From the NCBI GenBank assembly GCA_034189695.1, contig JAXHUA010000139.1:1-50797 (forward strand): DNA of 50,797 bases, in the 5' to 3' direction. Source of the DNA: Chloroflexota bacterium (GTDB lineage Bacteria > Chloroflexota > Dehalococcoidia > E44-bin15). Both the position numbers and the translations under genes were made by a program. This document shows positions 1 through 8,676 of the stretch, piece after piece (within the stretch, counting starts at the first letter, position 1; each line of letters begins with the position of its first letter). The notes below the pieces were generated by a model, which saw only the letters and a program-made list of their open reading frames with translations, had not been told where the DNA came from and searched no databases.

Positions 1-235
1 GCGGCGCCGGTGCGCCATGGCGCACCTCGGCGAGGGAGAACTTGAGCGACGAGCTTCCACAGTTGATGGCAAGGATTATCATTGGATGAAAGGGCTGGCC
101 GTGCGAGGCCATGTGGCTGCATTCTATGCCGCGGCGTGCGCTTGTCAAGAGGCCGCCGCCCTCGAATCGGCTACACGGTACGCCAACAACAGAGCCTTGC
201 CGTTAGTCGGACAGGAGTTATACAATAGGCCGTAG
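1..235 (+). CDS. 3' end of an unidentified ORF entering from the left window edge (hypothetical)
   Basis: Frame 2 is open from nt 2 to TAG at 233-235. No recognisable motif. It ends 42 nt upstream of the methyltransferase-fusion gene. Confidence 0.2.
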   Translation, partial: RRRCAMAHLGEGELERRASTVDGKDYHWMKGLAVRGHVAAFYAAACACQEAAALESATRYANNRALPLVGQELYNRP

Positions 236-277
236 CAAGCTGACCTTCGCGCTGAACAAATCGGCAGAGTCCTGAGA

Positions 278-3244
278 ATGGCGACAACCGAGCATACGAT
301 AAACGACGCCCTCGCCGAAGTCCTGACTGAGACCCGTAGCCTCTGGCGGTATAAGGGCGTCGTGAAATCTGAGAACATCGATGTTCTGAAAAGCAGCGGC
401 AAGAGGCCCGACATCCTGATCACCGAGCCAAATGTCTCCCCTGTTATCGTGGAGACGGAGATAGTGCCGGCGGTCTCGGTGGAATCCGATGCCAGAGAGC
501 GACTTGGCGAAGTGCTCAGTCTTTCGGGCAGGCGGATACTATCATCGCTGGCAGTCAGGATGGCAGCCAGGCTGAGGGACTTCTCAGGACAGTCGCTGAA
601 GGATGAAATCCTCAGTGCTTCCGACTTCGAAATGGCTCTCTATGCCGGGGAGAGCCCGGAGTCGAACGCACGCTGGCCGCGAAGCGGCTGGCTTCGTGGC
701 GGTGTTACCGACCTGTCGATTCTCATCCAGTCCGCTTCCGTGCCGCCTCCGGTCGTTGAAGAGGCGGCCAACCGGCTCGTTGACGGCGTAAATGAGGCCG
801 CTGCGCTCTTGACTGATATGGCGACGGCTCATCCCGGGGCGATGAACATGATCTGCGAGGAACTGCGCCAGCAGGATGGAGAGCAGACCCGGAGAATGGC
901 CATGACCATCCTGGCGAATGCGCTGGTGTTCCATGAGAGCCTGGCTCGCGGGACTGGCGACCTTTACTACGTTCGAACGCTTGACGAGCTGCGGGGCAAG
1001 CGCGGCGGCGTGAGCAAGAAGGAGATGCTGGAAGATTGGAAGAGGATTCTGAAGGTCAACTACTGGCCGATCTTCGATATCGCCCGGCGTATCATCGAGG
1101 TCATTCCCATAGATACCGCCAGGCCGCTCCTCGACAGCCTGGTCACCACGGCTGGGGAGCTGGTGGCGAACCACATGATGCGGTCACATGACCTGACCGG
1201 CGCTGTCTTCCAGCGGCTGATAGCCGACCGCAAGTTCCTTGCAGCCTACTACACACATCCGGCTTCGGCGGCGCTCCTGGTTGGCCTTGCCTTTGATGCC
1301 GACAGGACGCCGGGGAAGGGCTCGTGGGCAAAGGACAGCCATGTGACGGGTCTGCGTATAGCTGACTTCGCCTGCGGCACGGGCACTCTCCTGTCGGCAG
1401 CCTACCGCCGCATAAGCCAGTTGCACGAGGCATCCGGTGGTGATGCTGAACTGATTCACCCGGAGATGATGGCCACGGGGCTGGTCGGCTGCGATGTACT
1501 GCCGGCGGCCACTCACCTGACGGCTTCGATGCTGGCGGCGGCCCATCCTGCCGTCAAGTACAACCGCAGCTCGATAATGACGGTGGGCTACGGCTTGCGG
1601 GAGGACGGCGGTGTGTCCCTCGGCTCTCTGGACCTGCTCGACCCGCAGCGGGCATTCGACATCATCGCCATCACGGCGAAGGCCGTTGAGGGAATGGGCG
1701 AAAGCGAGAAAGAGGCATGGTCCACATTGCCTCACGCCTCGTTCGACGTGGTTATCATGAACCCGCCCTTCACGCGGGACACAGCGCATGAGGGCGTGAA
1801 GAGCGCCGTGCCGAACCCCATGTTTGCCGCCTTCGGCTCGGAAGCGGAAGAGCAGCGAGAGATGGCCCGAGCTGCCAAACGCCTTCTCCAGGGGACGAGC
1901 GCCCATGGCAATGCCGGGGAGGCCAGCGCCTTCCTCGTCCTCGCCGACCGCAAGCTCAAGCACATTGGGACTCTTGGCATGGTCATGCCGCTGAGCCTGC
2001 TGTTCGGAGAGGCATGGGAGGCGTCCCGGCAGCTACTGCGCAGGTCGTACGGCGACCTCCTCCTGGTCTCTATTGCTGGCGCTCGTGACGATGAGTTTTC
2101 GTTTTCGGCGGATACCGGAATGGGTGAGTGTCTGGTTGTCGGCCGCAGGTCTGCTAAGGCCAGCAGCCGGGCAACGTTTGTGGTGCTGAACGAGAGACCG
2201 TCTTCGACCATAGCGGGTTCGACCACCGCGGTTGAGGTCCATCGATTGAGAGGGGGCAAGCTGCGCAGGCTGGAAGACGGGCCGGTGGGGGGAAGCCTGG
2301 TTCATTTCGGCGACGACGCAATAGGGTATGCCATTGATGCGCCTCTACCCGAGAAAGGGCCGTGGAACCTGGCCCGCATCAAGGACGCTGCACTTGCCCA
2401 GGCCGCCTATCAGATGGCCAACTGTGCGATTATCTGGCTTCCCGGCATGACGAGGCAAGATGCGGTCTCAGTCTCTGTCAAAGCGGTCTCGGCTATTGCG
2501 AAGGTCGGGCCGGTTGACCGTGATGTCAATGGCAATACACCCGACGGGCGAATTCGCGGGCCGTTCCAGATAGAAGCTCTGAAAGCCAGGTCCGCACCCA
2601 CCTACCCGGTGTTGTGGGCACATGATGCTCGCCGCGAAAGGTGCATGGAGTTCGAGGCGGACAGCGAAGGCTTCATACGCCAGGGCGCCAGTCCCGAGGA
2701 AGACAGGCTGGTTCGGGCCAAGGCTGAGCGGATCTGGGGAACAGCGTCTCACTGCCATTTCAACCGCGATTTTCGATTCAACAGCCAGTCCACCGCCATG
2801 CAATTCACCGATAGGCGAACCATTGGAGGTATGGCCTGGCCGTCCATCATCCTCGCGAGCGCGGAACAGGAGAAGGCACTGGTGCTGTGGGCGAACTCGT
2901 CTCTTGGCCTCCTGCTTCACTGGTGGCATGCCAACAAGCAGCAGGCGGGCCGGGGCAGAATTGGAGTGTCGGCTCTAGGGTCGCTGCCGGTGCTCGATGT
3001 CACGAAACTGTCGCAAGAAGCACTTTCCAGCGCGGTAGCTGTCTTCGATGACATGAAGCACCGTGAACTGCGGCCGGTCAACGAGATTGCTCAAGACCCC
3101 GTGCGCCACGAAATTGACATGAGGCTGGGCGGAGAGGTGCTGGGACTGCCGCCAGGGCTGCTGGCGCCCGACGGTGCTCTAGCACTGTTGAGGGAGAAGC
3201 TCGCCCTTGAGCCTTCCATAACTGGAAGCAAGTCAAGGTCCTGA
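278..3244 (+). CDS. Large single-chain N6-adenine DNA methyltransferase with N-terminal PD-(D/E)xK-like module (Type IIG/IIL-like R-M enzyme candidate)
   Basis: 988-aa ORF. SAM motif I DFACGTGTLL at aa 363-372. Catalytic motif IV NPPF at aa 495-498 (nt 1760-1771). A YYTHP motif precedes motif I. N-terminus has RPDILI...VIVETEI (D45, E59-x-E61). About 450 aa follow the MTase core and could be a target-recognition region. Confidence 0.7.
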   Translation: MATTEHTINDALAEVLTETRSLWRYKGVVKSENIDVLKSSGKRPDILITEPNVSPVIVETEIVPAVSVESDARERLGEVLSLSGRRILSSLAVRMAARLRDFSGQSLKDEILSASDFEMALYAGESPESNARWPRSGWLRGGVTDLSILIQSASVPPPVVEEAANRLVDGVNEAAALLTDMATAHPGAMNMICEELRQQDGEQTRRMAMTILANALVFHESLARGTGDLYYVRTLDELRGKRGGVSKKEMLEDWKRILKVNYWPIFDIARRIIEVIPIDTARPLLDSLVTTAGELVANHMMRSHDLTGAVFQRLIADRKFLAAYYTHPASAALLVGLAFDADRTPGKGSWAKDSHVTGLRIADFACGTGTLLSAAYRRISQLHEASGGDAELIHPEMMATGLVGCDVLPAATHLTASMLAAAHPAVKYNRSSIMTVGYGLREDGGVSLGSLDLLDPQRAFDIIAITAKAVEGMGESEKEAWSTLPHASFDVVIMNPPFTRDTAHEGVKSAVPNPMFAAFGSEAEEQREMARAAKRLLQGTSAHGNAGEASAFLVLADRKLKHIGTLGMVMPLSLLFGEAWEASRQLLRRSYGDLLLVSIAGARDDEFSFSADTGMGECLVVGRRSAKASSRATFVVLNERPSSTIAGSTTAVEVHRLRGGKLRRLEDGPVGGSLVHFGDDAIGYAIDAPLPEKGPWNLARIKDAALAQAAYQMANCAIIWLPGMTRQDAVSVSVKAVSAIAKVGPVDRDVNGNTPDGRIRGPFQIEALKARSAPTYPVLWAHDARRERCMEFEADSEGFIRQGASPEEDRLVRAKAERIWGTASHCHFNRDFRFNSQSTAMQFTDRRTIGGMAWPSIILASAEQEKALVLWANSSLGLLLHWWHANKQQAGRGRIGVSALGSLPVLDVTKLSQEALSSAVAVFDDMKHRELRPVNEIAQDPVRHEIDMRLGGEVLGLPPGLLAPDGALALLREKLALEPSITGSKSRS

Positions 3245-3289
3245 CACCGCATGTAGCCGCCTGGCGTGGCGACGGGAGTTCGCCGCTCC

Positions 3290-4066
3290 CTAGGGTGTTT
3301 CGAGCGTGAGGCCGACGGGGCAGTGGTCCGAGCCCATCACGTCGGGCATGATGAAGGCCTCGGTCACCGAGGGCAGAAGGTCCTGGCTGACAAAGAAGTA
3401 GTCGATCCTCCAGCCGACGTTCCGCTGGCGCGCCCTCGACTTCAGGTCCCACCACGTGTACTGCTGGGGCTCGCTGTTGAAGTGGCGGAAGGTATCGACG
3501 TAGCCGTGGGCGATGAACCTGTCTATCCACTCCCGCTCCATCGGCAGGAAGCCGGAGGTCTTCTCATTCTTCTTCGGCCGGGCCAGGTCTATCTCCCTGT
3601 GGGCCGTATTGAAATCGCCGCAGACCACGAGTTTCCGGCCCTGCGCCCTCAGGCCATCCGTGAAGGCGAGGAACGCCTCGTAGAAGTCCATCTTGTACTG
3701 GAGGCGAACGGCGTCCTTCTTGCCGTTGGGGAAGTACACGTTCAGCAGGGTGAACCCCGGGTGCTCCGTCAGCACCAGCCGCCCCTCGCCGTCAAGCTCG
3801 GGAACGTCCAGGCCGTACCGCACTGTCAGCGGTTTGTCTCTGGTGAAGGTGGCGACGCCGCTGTACCCCGTCCTCTCCGGTGAGTTCCAGTATACGTAGT
3901 AGCCCGCAGGCTGGCGCAGGGATGTCTCGAGCTGGTCGGGGCTGGCCTTCGTCTCCTGAAGGCACAGGATGTCCGGCGCCTCGCTGTCCAGCCATTCCAG
4001 CAGGCCCTTGCGCGCCACCGCCCTGACGCCGTTCACGTTCCAGCACAGAATCCTCATCCGCGGCAT
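3290..4066 (-). CDS. xth: Exodeoxyribonuclease III (AP endonuclease)
   Basis: MRILCWNVNGVRA...DILCLQETK...SDHCPV hallmarks of the ExoIII/EEP family. Start moved to ATG 4066 (MPRMRIL), preceded by GAGGGGGTG. The longer ORF to 4225 has a non-conserved extension. Confidence 0.9.
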   Translation of the reverse strand: MPRMRILCWNVNGVRAVARKGLLEWLDSEAPDILCLQETKASPDQLETSLRQPAGYYVYWNSPERTGYSGVATFTRDKPLTVRYGLDVPELDGEGRLVLTEHPGFTLLNVYFPNGKKDAVRLQYKMDFYEAFLAFTDGLRAQGRKLVVCGDFNTAHREIDLARPKKNEKTSGFLPMEREWIDRFIAHGYVDTFRHFNSEPQQYTWWDLKSRARQRNVGWRIDYFFVSQDLLPSVTEAFIMPDVMGSDHCPVGLTLETP

Positions 4067-4245
4067 TGTGACACACCCCCTCAGCCCTCTGTGTGGCGAT
4101 GCATGCTTTTGAAACGCATCCGGGATGGTGCTATTATAGCATGGCGAATCGCCGGCGCTCCGGAGGCTGGCGATTCCGCGTTCTCTCAGGTCGCGGCGGG
4201 CCGGCGCCGGGGATGCGGCGTACACGCGAGCAGTGGAGGTGCATC

Positions 4246-4812
4246 TTGAAGGTACTGGGGATCATGGGCAGCCCGAGGATGAAGGGTAACACCGACCTGC
4301 TTATGGATGAGGCGCTGAAGGGGGCGCAGGCCGGGGGGGCGGAGGTGGAGAAGCTGGTGGTAGACAGGCTGAACATATCCCCGTGCCGCGAGTACAACGC
4401 CTGTCTCCGCGACGGGAACTGCGTAATACATGACGACATGGACGACATCTACCCCAAGCTGTTGCACGCGGACGTCGTAATTGTCGGGTCACCCATGTTC
4501 TTCTACGCGCTCACCAGCCAGCTCAAGGCGCTCATAGACCGCTGCCAGGCGCTGTGGGCCCGGAAGTGCGTCCTTGACATAAACCCGCCGAATTCCTCAC
4601 GAAAGGGCGCCTTCATTGGCGTCGGTGCCACCAGGGGTGAGAAGCTGTTCGAGGGGTCGAAGCTGACGCTCAAGTACTTCTTCCAGGCGATCGGCGTGGA
4701 GTACGCCGACGAGCTTCTGCTTCGGGGCGTTGACAGGAGGGGGGAGATAGAGCAGCACCCGACCGCGCTGACCGACGCCTTCGAAATGGGCAGGAGGCTG
4801 GCGGGCACGTAA
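4246..4812 (+). CDS. Flavodoxin-like fold FMN reductase / iron-sulfur flavoprotein family protein
   Basis: KVLGIMGSPRMKGNTDLL...ADVVIVGSPMFFYALTSQLKALIDR pattern of the NADPH-dependent FMN reductase/Isf family. TTG at 4246 sits 6 nt after GGAGG (4235-4239). Alternative ATG at 4264. Confidence 0.75.
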   Translation: MKVLGIMGSPRMKGNTDLLMDEALKGAQAGGAEVEKLVVDRLNISPCREYNACLRDGNCVIHDDMDDIYPKLLHADVVIVGSPMFFYALTSQLKALIDRCQALWARKCVLDINPPNSSRKGAFIGVGATRGEKLFEGSKLTLKYFFQAIGVEYADELLLRGVDRRGEIEQHPTALTDAFEMGRRLAGT

Positions 4813-4815
4813 GCC

Positions 4816-4842
4816 GGCGACCGGCGCGTGTGCCGGGTCGCC
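4816..4842 (+). terminator. GC-rich hairpin just after the flavoprotein stop (weak terminator candidate, no U-tract)
   Basis: GGCGACCGGC-gcgtgt-GCCGGGTCGCC, a 10-bp stem with one bulged G, starting 4 nt after the stop codon. Confidence 0.3.
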
Positions 4843-5057
4843 GCATCACCTCATTCCTCAACCGCTCCAGGCGTGGACCGCCCGGAGCCGCTCCCTGCAC
4901 TCCGTACGCACGGGCGGATGGCATATTCAGGCTATCCCCGGCTCGAATGCGGGGTAGCACCCTCGACCGAAGGGCGGCAGGCTCACATAATAGTGGCCAA
5001 CTAGTATGGGACCCTCGTGTGCCCTGGAGCGAACGATTCTGGAGTGGAGCAGATGCA

Positions 5058-6215
5058 ATGAGGAAAAGCAGGATAGGCGTTCTGACCGGCGGTGGCGACT
5101 GCGCCGGGCTGAACCCGGCGCTCAAGTGGGTTGTCAAGACCGCGCTGGACGAGCGGCTGCGGGAGGAGAGCGGCACCAGGTACGAGGTGGTGGGCATAAG
5201 AGATGGGTGGACGGGACTGGTGGATGCTGACGGTGGCAGCCATGCATCGGGGGAGTGGATTGTCCAGGGGTTTGACGTGTTCCGCAGCGTCGTCCTCAGT
5301 GAGGATGTGGTGCGGACGTGGGACCGGTATGGTGGCACGTTCCTGGGGACTTCGCGGACGAATCCCTACAACCCGCAGAACGACCAGTCGGAGAAGGTGC
5401 TGGAGAACATCGAGAGGCTGGGCCTGGAGGCCATCATAGCCATCGGTGGGGAGGACACGCTCGGAGTCGCGTGCAAGCTCTCGAACGACGGCGTCAACGT
5501 GATTGGGATACCCAAGACGATTGACAAAGACCTGCCGGGGACGGACTACACGCTGGGCTTCGAGACGGCGCTCAACGTCATCACCGAGGAGGTCGACAGG
5601 CTGCGGACGACCGCCGGCTCTCACAGGCGGGTGTTTGTGGTCGAAACGATGGGGAGACATGCGGGCTGGCTTGCCCTGGAGGGAGGAGAGGCGAGCGGTG
5701 CATTCATCATTCTTATCCCAGAGCACGATTTCTCGATGGAGAGGGTGAACCAGCTAATCCGCGAGGCGGCGATAACGGGCGCCAGGTACAGCATCATCGT
5801 TGCGGCCGAGGGGGCGAAGCCGCAAGGGGGCTCGGAGTTCGTGCTCAGGAATGACGTGGACGGTTTCGGTCACCAGGCTCTCGGCGGCATCGCGGAGTAC
5901 GTAGCCGAAGGGATACACCAGGCGCTCGGCCTCGATACGCGGAGCATAGTGCTGAGCCACTTGCAGCGAGGTGGCGCTCCGTGTGCCTACGACCGCAGGA
6001 TGGGGCGATACTTCGGCATAGCCGCGGTTGACCTGGTGGTGAAGAAAGACTTCGGCAGGATGGTCAGCTATCGGAACGGTGAGATAACATCCGTGCCCCT
6101 GGCGGAGGCGATGGGACCAGCGCGGCTGGTGGACGTAAAGACCCACTACGATGCGGACAGGTACAACGGGCGTCGGGTCATCCTCAATCGGGTTGTGGAG
6201 AGGCAACATGCGTAG
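5058..6215 (+). CDS. pfkA: 6-phosphofructokinase, probably PPi-dependent type
   Basis: MRKSRIGVLTGGGDCAGLNPALK..., IGGEDTLG and IPKTIDKDL motifs. Asp and Lys at the positions I recall as Gly104/Gly124 in E. coli ATP-PFK. Start ATG 5058 follows GGAGTGGAG. Confidence 0.85.
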   Translation: MRKSRIGVLTGGGDCAGLNPALKWVVKTALDERLREESGTRYEVVGIRDGWTGLVDADGGSHASGEWIVQGFDVFRSVVLSEDVVRTWDRYGGTFLGTSRTNPYNPQNDQSEKVLENIERLGLEAIIAIGGEDTLGVACKLSNDGVNVIGIPKTIDKDLPGTDYTLGFETALNVITEEVDRLRTTAGSHRRVFVVETMGRHAGWLALEGGEASGAFIILIPEHDFSMERVNQLIREAAITGARYSIIVAAEGAKPQGGSEFVLRNDVDGFGHQALGGIAEYVAEGIHQALGLDTRSIVLSHLQRGGAPCAYDRRMGRYFGIAAVDLVVKKDFGRMVSYRNGEITSVPLAEAMGPARLVDVKTHYDADRYNGRRVILNRVVERQHA

Positions 6216-7482
6216 CGTGCACAGCGAGATCGACTCCCTGGTGGAAGGGGCGGTCTTCGGTTCAGGTGAGCAGGCGGCGGCGAGCCGGGGACTCATCCGG
6301 CAACTGGCTGCCGAAGGGGGAATCGTACCGGCGAGCATTCAGGGCCTGTATGACGCTGCGGGCAAGGGCCTGTACAACGGCATCACGGTGCCGGCCATCA
6401 ACATCCGCGGGCTGACCTATCATGTCGCCCGGGCTGTCTTCCGGGCGGCCCTCGGGTGCAGGGCTGGCGCCATCATATTCGAACTCGCGCGTTCAGAGAT
6501 GGGCTACACACGCCAGAGCCCGGGGGAGTATGCGGCGTGCGTGCTGGCTGCGGCCGTCAAAGAAGGCTTCAGCGGGCCGGTGTTCCTTCAGGGCGACCAT
6601 TTCCAGGTGAAGGCCGGCAGGTATCGAGAGGAGCCGCAGGTCGAACTGAAGGCCATCAAGGACCTGACTCGTCAGGCGGTCAACGCGGGCTTTCTCAACA
6701 TCGACATCGATGCCTCCACGCTGGTTGACCTGAGCCGTAACAGTCTCGAAGAACAGCAGGAGGAGAACTGCCGGGTCACCGCCGAAATGACCAGATTCAT
6801 ACGCGACATAGAGCCTGAAGGGGTAACCATCTCGGTTGGCGGCGAGATCGGGGAGGTAGGGAAGGAGAACAGCACTGTTGCCGACCTGCGGGCGTTTATG
6901 TCGGGATACCTCAGCCAACTGGGGCCTGGTGTGAGGGGGATTTCGAAGATCAGCGTGCAGACTGGCACGACGCACGGTGGCGTGGTGCTCCCCGACGGGT
7001 CGATAGCCAGCGTCAACATCGACTTCGCGACGCTCGAGAGGCTGTCCCGGGCGGCACGGGAGGAGTTCGGTCTGGGTGGAGCGGTGCAGCACGGGGCTTC
7101 GACCCTTCCCGATGAAGCGTTCGACAGGTTCCCCCAGGTCGGCACGCTTGAGGTGCACCTGGCCACTGGATTCCAGAACATCATACTTGACAGCCCGTTC
7201 TTGCCCGCGATCTTGCGCGCCCGCATCCAGGGCCATCTGCTGAAGGAGTATTCCGGCGAGAGGAAGGCCGGAGAGACCGACCAGCAGTTCCTGTACAAGA
7301 CCCGGAAGAAGGCATTCGGCGACTTCAAGGAAGAGCTGTGGAACCTCTCCGAAGGTAGAGTGGCCACCCTGCAGAAGACACTGGAGGAGCGTTTCTCGCT
7401 CCTGTTCCACAAGCTCAAGGTGGTGGAGACGGCCGACCTGGTCAGCACCTTTGTGAACTGCGAACCGTCGTGCACTCCGTAG
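6208..7482 (+). CDS. fba: Class II fructose-bisphosphate aldolase family protein
   Basis: VPAINIRG...FLQGDHFQ...NIDIDAST...VQTGTTHGG...VQHGAST blocks typical of class II FBP/tagatose-bisphosphate aldolases. ATG 6208 overlaps the pfk stop (ATGCGTAG). Confidence 0.8.
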   Translation: MRSVHSEIDSLVEGAVFGSGEQAAASRGLIRQLAAEGGIVPASIQGLYDAAGKGLYNGITVPAINIRGLTYHVARAVFRAALGCRAGAIIFELARSEMGYTRQSPGEYAACVLAAAVKEGFSGPVFLQGDHFQVKAGRYREEPQVELKAIKDLTRQAVNAGFLNIDIDASTLVDLSRNSLEEQQEENCRVTAEMTRFIRDIEPEGVTISVGGEIGEVGKENSTVADLRAFMSGYLSQLGPGVRGISKISVQTGTTHGGVVLPDGSIASVNIDFATLERLSRAAREEFGLGGAVQHGASTLPDEAFDRFPQVGTLEVHLATGFQNIILDSPFLPAILRARIQGHLLKEYSGERKAGETDQQFLYKTRKKAFGDFKEELWNLSEGRVATLQKTLEERFSLLFHKLKVVETADLVSTFVNCEPSCTP

Positions 7483-7525
7483 CCTCGGAGTGGACATCGC
7501 CTGCCTCACACCGGCTGTGGAAGCA

Positions 7526-7687
7526 AGCCTGGGCGGAGCGGATGCTCCGCCCTACCCGTATGTGCTGGCGTGTTGGACATGCCTTTCGCCCCGCGCACCT
7601 CCGGGTAGCCTGGAGCATCGGCTCCAGGCCGCCTACCCACGTATGCTGGCACGTTGCGGACGCCCCACGTCCACACCAACCCGGGAC
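7526..7687 (+). repeat. Tandem imperfect direct repeat, two 81-nt units, each beginning with a perfect short hairpin
   Basis: Unit 1 (7526-7606) has GGGCGGAGC-GGAT-GCTCCGCCC. Unit 2 (7607-7687) has CCTGGAGC-ATCG-GCTCCAGG. Shared blocks in the same order: AGCCTGG, CCTACCC, GTATG, GCTGGC, GTTG, GGAC, CCGGG. Confidence 0.6.
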
Positions 7688-7690
7688 TTC

Positions 7691-7720
7691 TTGTCAGAAG
7701 GGCACCCGCATTCGTAGAAT
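7691..7720 (+). promoter_or_regulatory. Candidate sigma70-type promoter of the heliorhodopsin gene
   Basis: TTGTCA-N18-TAGAAT, ending 34 nt upstream of the GTG start. GGGAGG RBS at 7742-7747. Confidence 0.4.
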
Positions 7721-7753
7721 CGTGCTCTACATCCGGGGAATGGGAGGTGTGTT

Positions 7754-8530
7754 GTGCCACAGACCCGTACTTTCAAGCGTCTCAGGCTCTTCAATGCGGT
7801 GATGGCCGTGCTGCACCTCGGTCAAGCGGTGGCCATCTTCGTGCTCAGCAACCAGTTCGCGCTGCCGGTCCAGACGTCGTCCCTGACGTACAATGAGGCT
7901 ATCGGACGGTTGGAGCCGGTCCGCGATACCCTGGTCGACCTTCGCATAGGGCCGCTGGTAGGCGTTTTCCTGTTGATGTCGGCGTTCGCCCACTTCATGC
8001 TGGCGTCGCCGAGACTGTACCCCTGGTACGTCAGGAACCTCAAGAAGAGCATAAACTACCTCAGGTGGTACGAGTACACATTCAGCGCGTCGCTGATGAT
8101 AGTGGTGATCGCCATGCTCAGCGGTATCTACGACCTGGCCGCGCTGGTTCTCATCTTCGCACTCAACGCCACCATGCTATTCTTCGGGTTGATGATGGAG
8201 TTGCACAACCAGACAACGGAGAAGACGAACTGGACGGCGTATATCTTCGGGTGCATCGCCGGCATAGTGCCGTGGATTGTCATCGCCATATACTTCTACG
8301 GGTCGCTCGCTACCGCCACGGAGACGATCCCGACATTTGTGTACTACATCCTGGGGACGCTGTTCTTGTTCTTCTTCCTTGGCTTCGGTCTGAACATGTT
8401 CCTCCAGTACAGGAAGGTCGGGCCGTGGCGTGACTACCTCTTTGGCGAGGGGATATACATCGTGCTGAGCCTGGTGGCCAAATCGGCGCTCGCCTGGCAG
8501 GTGTTCTTCGGCACCCTGAGACCGGTGTAG
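7754..8530 (+). CDS. Heliorhodopsin (7-TM retinal protein)
   Basis: 258 aa, 7 hydrophobic segments. Full-length resemblance to heliorhodopsin 48C12 as I recall it: FGCIAGIVPWI, YIVLSLVAKSALAWQVFFGTL. Schiff-base Lys in SLVAKSALAW (K243, nt 8480-8482), counterion Glu in RWYEY (E107), His21 and His80 present. Confidence 0.9.
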   Translation: MPQTRTFKRLRLFNAVMAVLHLGQAVAIFVLSNQFALPVQTSSLTYNEAIGRLEPVRDTLVDLRIGPLVGVFLLMSAFAHFMLASPRLYPWYVRNLKKSINYLRWYEYTFSASLMIVVIAMLSGIYDLAALVLIFALNATMLFFGLMMELHNQTTEKTNWTAYIFGCIAGIVPWIVIAIYFYGSLATATETIPTFVYYILGTLFLFFFLGFGLNMFLQYRKVGPWRDYLFGEGIYIVLSLVAKSALAWQVFFGTLRPV

Positions 8531-8676
8531 GACAGCGCTGCGGGGGGTGCAATGGCAGGTTTGGAGGTCGCCGTGGAGGGCGTGACAGTCGGTGACAAGG
8601 CCTGCGTGCTGAACCTGTAGGGTGATGTCGCACACGCTGCCGAGTACGCGCTATACGAGTTCCTTGCCGAGCCTGG

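Noticed and set aside
4093-4245. N-terminal extensions of several track ORFs (for example 4093, 4830, 6151, 11248, 15508, 19554, 20458, 22700, 23278, 24454, 41687)
   Set aside because: The extensions are non-conserved, often Arg/Pro-rich, and overlap neighbouring genes. Internal starts with good RBS and family-typical N-termini were preferred.
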